From the NCBI GenBank assembly GCA_964016885.1, contig OZ024762.1:12214001-12278000 (forward strand): DNA of 64,000 nucleotides. Direction: 5' to 3'. The position numbers were made by a program, and so were the translations under genes. The notes beneath the pieces are model-generated. The model was not told the DNA's origin. It did no database searches and saw only the letters and a program-made list of their open reading frames with translations. This DNA comes from Eledone cirrhosa. Lineage: Eukaryota. Positions 62,863 through 64,000 of the stretch are shown in pieces (position 1 is the first letter of the stretch; each line of letters opens with the position of its first letter).

Positions 62863-63783
62863 GTCAGTTCACAGATTGCTATCTTTCAATTTTTTGTTGT
62901 TTGTTGTTGTTTTTACCAATTTCAGATGTCATGCTTTGTGTTTTTGTTGTTTATTTGTTTATATAATTGTGTATGAATGTATATGTGTATGTATGTATGT
63001 GTGTATGTGTGTGTGTGTGTACGTATATGTACAGTGTGTCCGAATGTATGTATGTGTGTGTATGTATGTGTGTGTATGAATGTGTATGTATGTGTGTGTA
63101 TGTATGTGTACGGTGTGTATGAATGTATATGTGTATGTATGTGTACAGTGTGTATGAATGTGTATGTGTGTGTGTATGTATGTGTATGGTGTGTATGAAT
63201 GTATATGTGTATGTATGTGTACGGTGTGTACGAATGTATATGTGTGTGGATGTGTACGGTGTGTACGAATGTATATGTGTGTGGATGTGTACGGTGTGTA
63301 TGAATGTATATGTATGTGTGTGTATGTATGTGTGTGTGTGTATGTATGTGTACGGTGTGTACAAATGTATATGTGTATGTATGTATGTGTACGGTGTGTA
63401 CGAATGTATATGTGTATGTATGTGTGTGTACGTATGTGTACGGTGTGTATGAATGTATATGTGTATGTATGTGTGTGTACGTATGTGTACGGTGTGTATG
63501 TATGTGTGTGTACGTATGTGTACGGTGTGTATGAATGTATATGTGTATGTATGTGTGTGTGTGTATGTATGTGTACGGTGTGTATGAATGTATATGTGTA
63601 TGTATTTGTATAGTGTGTACGAATGTATATGTGTATGTATGTGTGTGTACGTATGTGTACGGTGTGTACGAATGTATATGTGTATGTATGTGTGTGTATG
63701 TATGTGTACGGTGTGTATGGTTACTTCATTTCTTGTCAGTGAATATAAATCATGTCTTGGTTTCATCTTGTCTTCTTCCCCAG

Positions 63784-63858
63784 GGTATACTTATTCAGAA
63801 CTACATCCGTGACTATTCAGTATATAAAAGCAAGATCAGCTGTATCTATATTGATCAC
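63784..63858 (+). CDS. Dachs-like myosin exon (gene continues past the window)
   Basis: GILIQNYIRDYSVYKSKISCIYIDH resembles dachs GxFIEVQVxDGALYRTKIHCYFLDQ; gtaagt donor. Confidence 0.8.
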
Positions 63859-64000
63859 GTAAGTATTGATACATCATCATCATCATAGTCATCATGCGAG
63901 CTAAATCTGCGAGCGTGCTGGCCTGCCTCAAAAATTATTCCAGTCTTCCTCGCAATACTGTTATCTTTTGTTCAGGTCGTGGTTCATTTGCCCACCCCTT

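Overview
AT-rich, microsatellite- and transposon-dense eukaryotic DNA. The repeat families and gene content suggest a mollusc, probably Octopus (inference, not tested). Three intron-containing genes lie on the + strand. (1) The 3' 19 coding exons of REV3L, the DNA polymerase zeta catalytic subunit (4125-24858, stop included; the 5' part is upstream of the window). (2) A CEP126/KIAA1377-like centrosomal gene (9 exons, about 38894-53657; start codon unresolved). (3) The 5' exons of a divergent dachs-like (class XX) myosin (60160 to beyond the window end). Between REV3L and CEP126 sits a near-intact Penelope-like retroelement (RT plus C-terminal GIY-YIG) with a 264-bp inverted pseudo-LTR carrying a minimal hammerhead ribozyme. 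A 5'-truncated RTE LINE with an open RT ORF lies in a CEP126 intron. There are also CRE-like LINE ends, two tRNA-derived SINE families and TTAA-flanked piggyBac-like MITEs, several of which have spawned internal tandem arrays. Most notable observations: about 10 hammerhead-like motifs from several unrelated repeat families; a nested foldback block at 33.6-35.1 kb; two opposite-orientation 72-bp arrays that could fold the REV3L pre-mRNA around its catalytic exons; and an intron made almost entirely of a MITE. Exon boundaries were read by hand from GT-AG sites with phase continuity. Family names come from remembered motifs; no database search was run.
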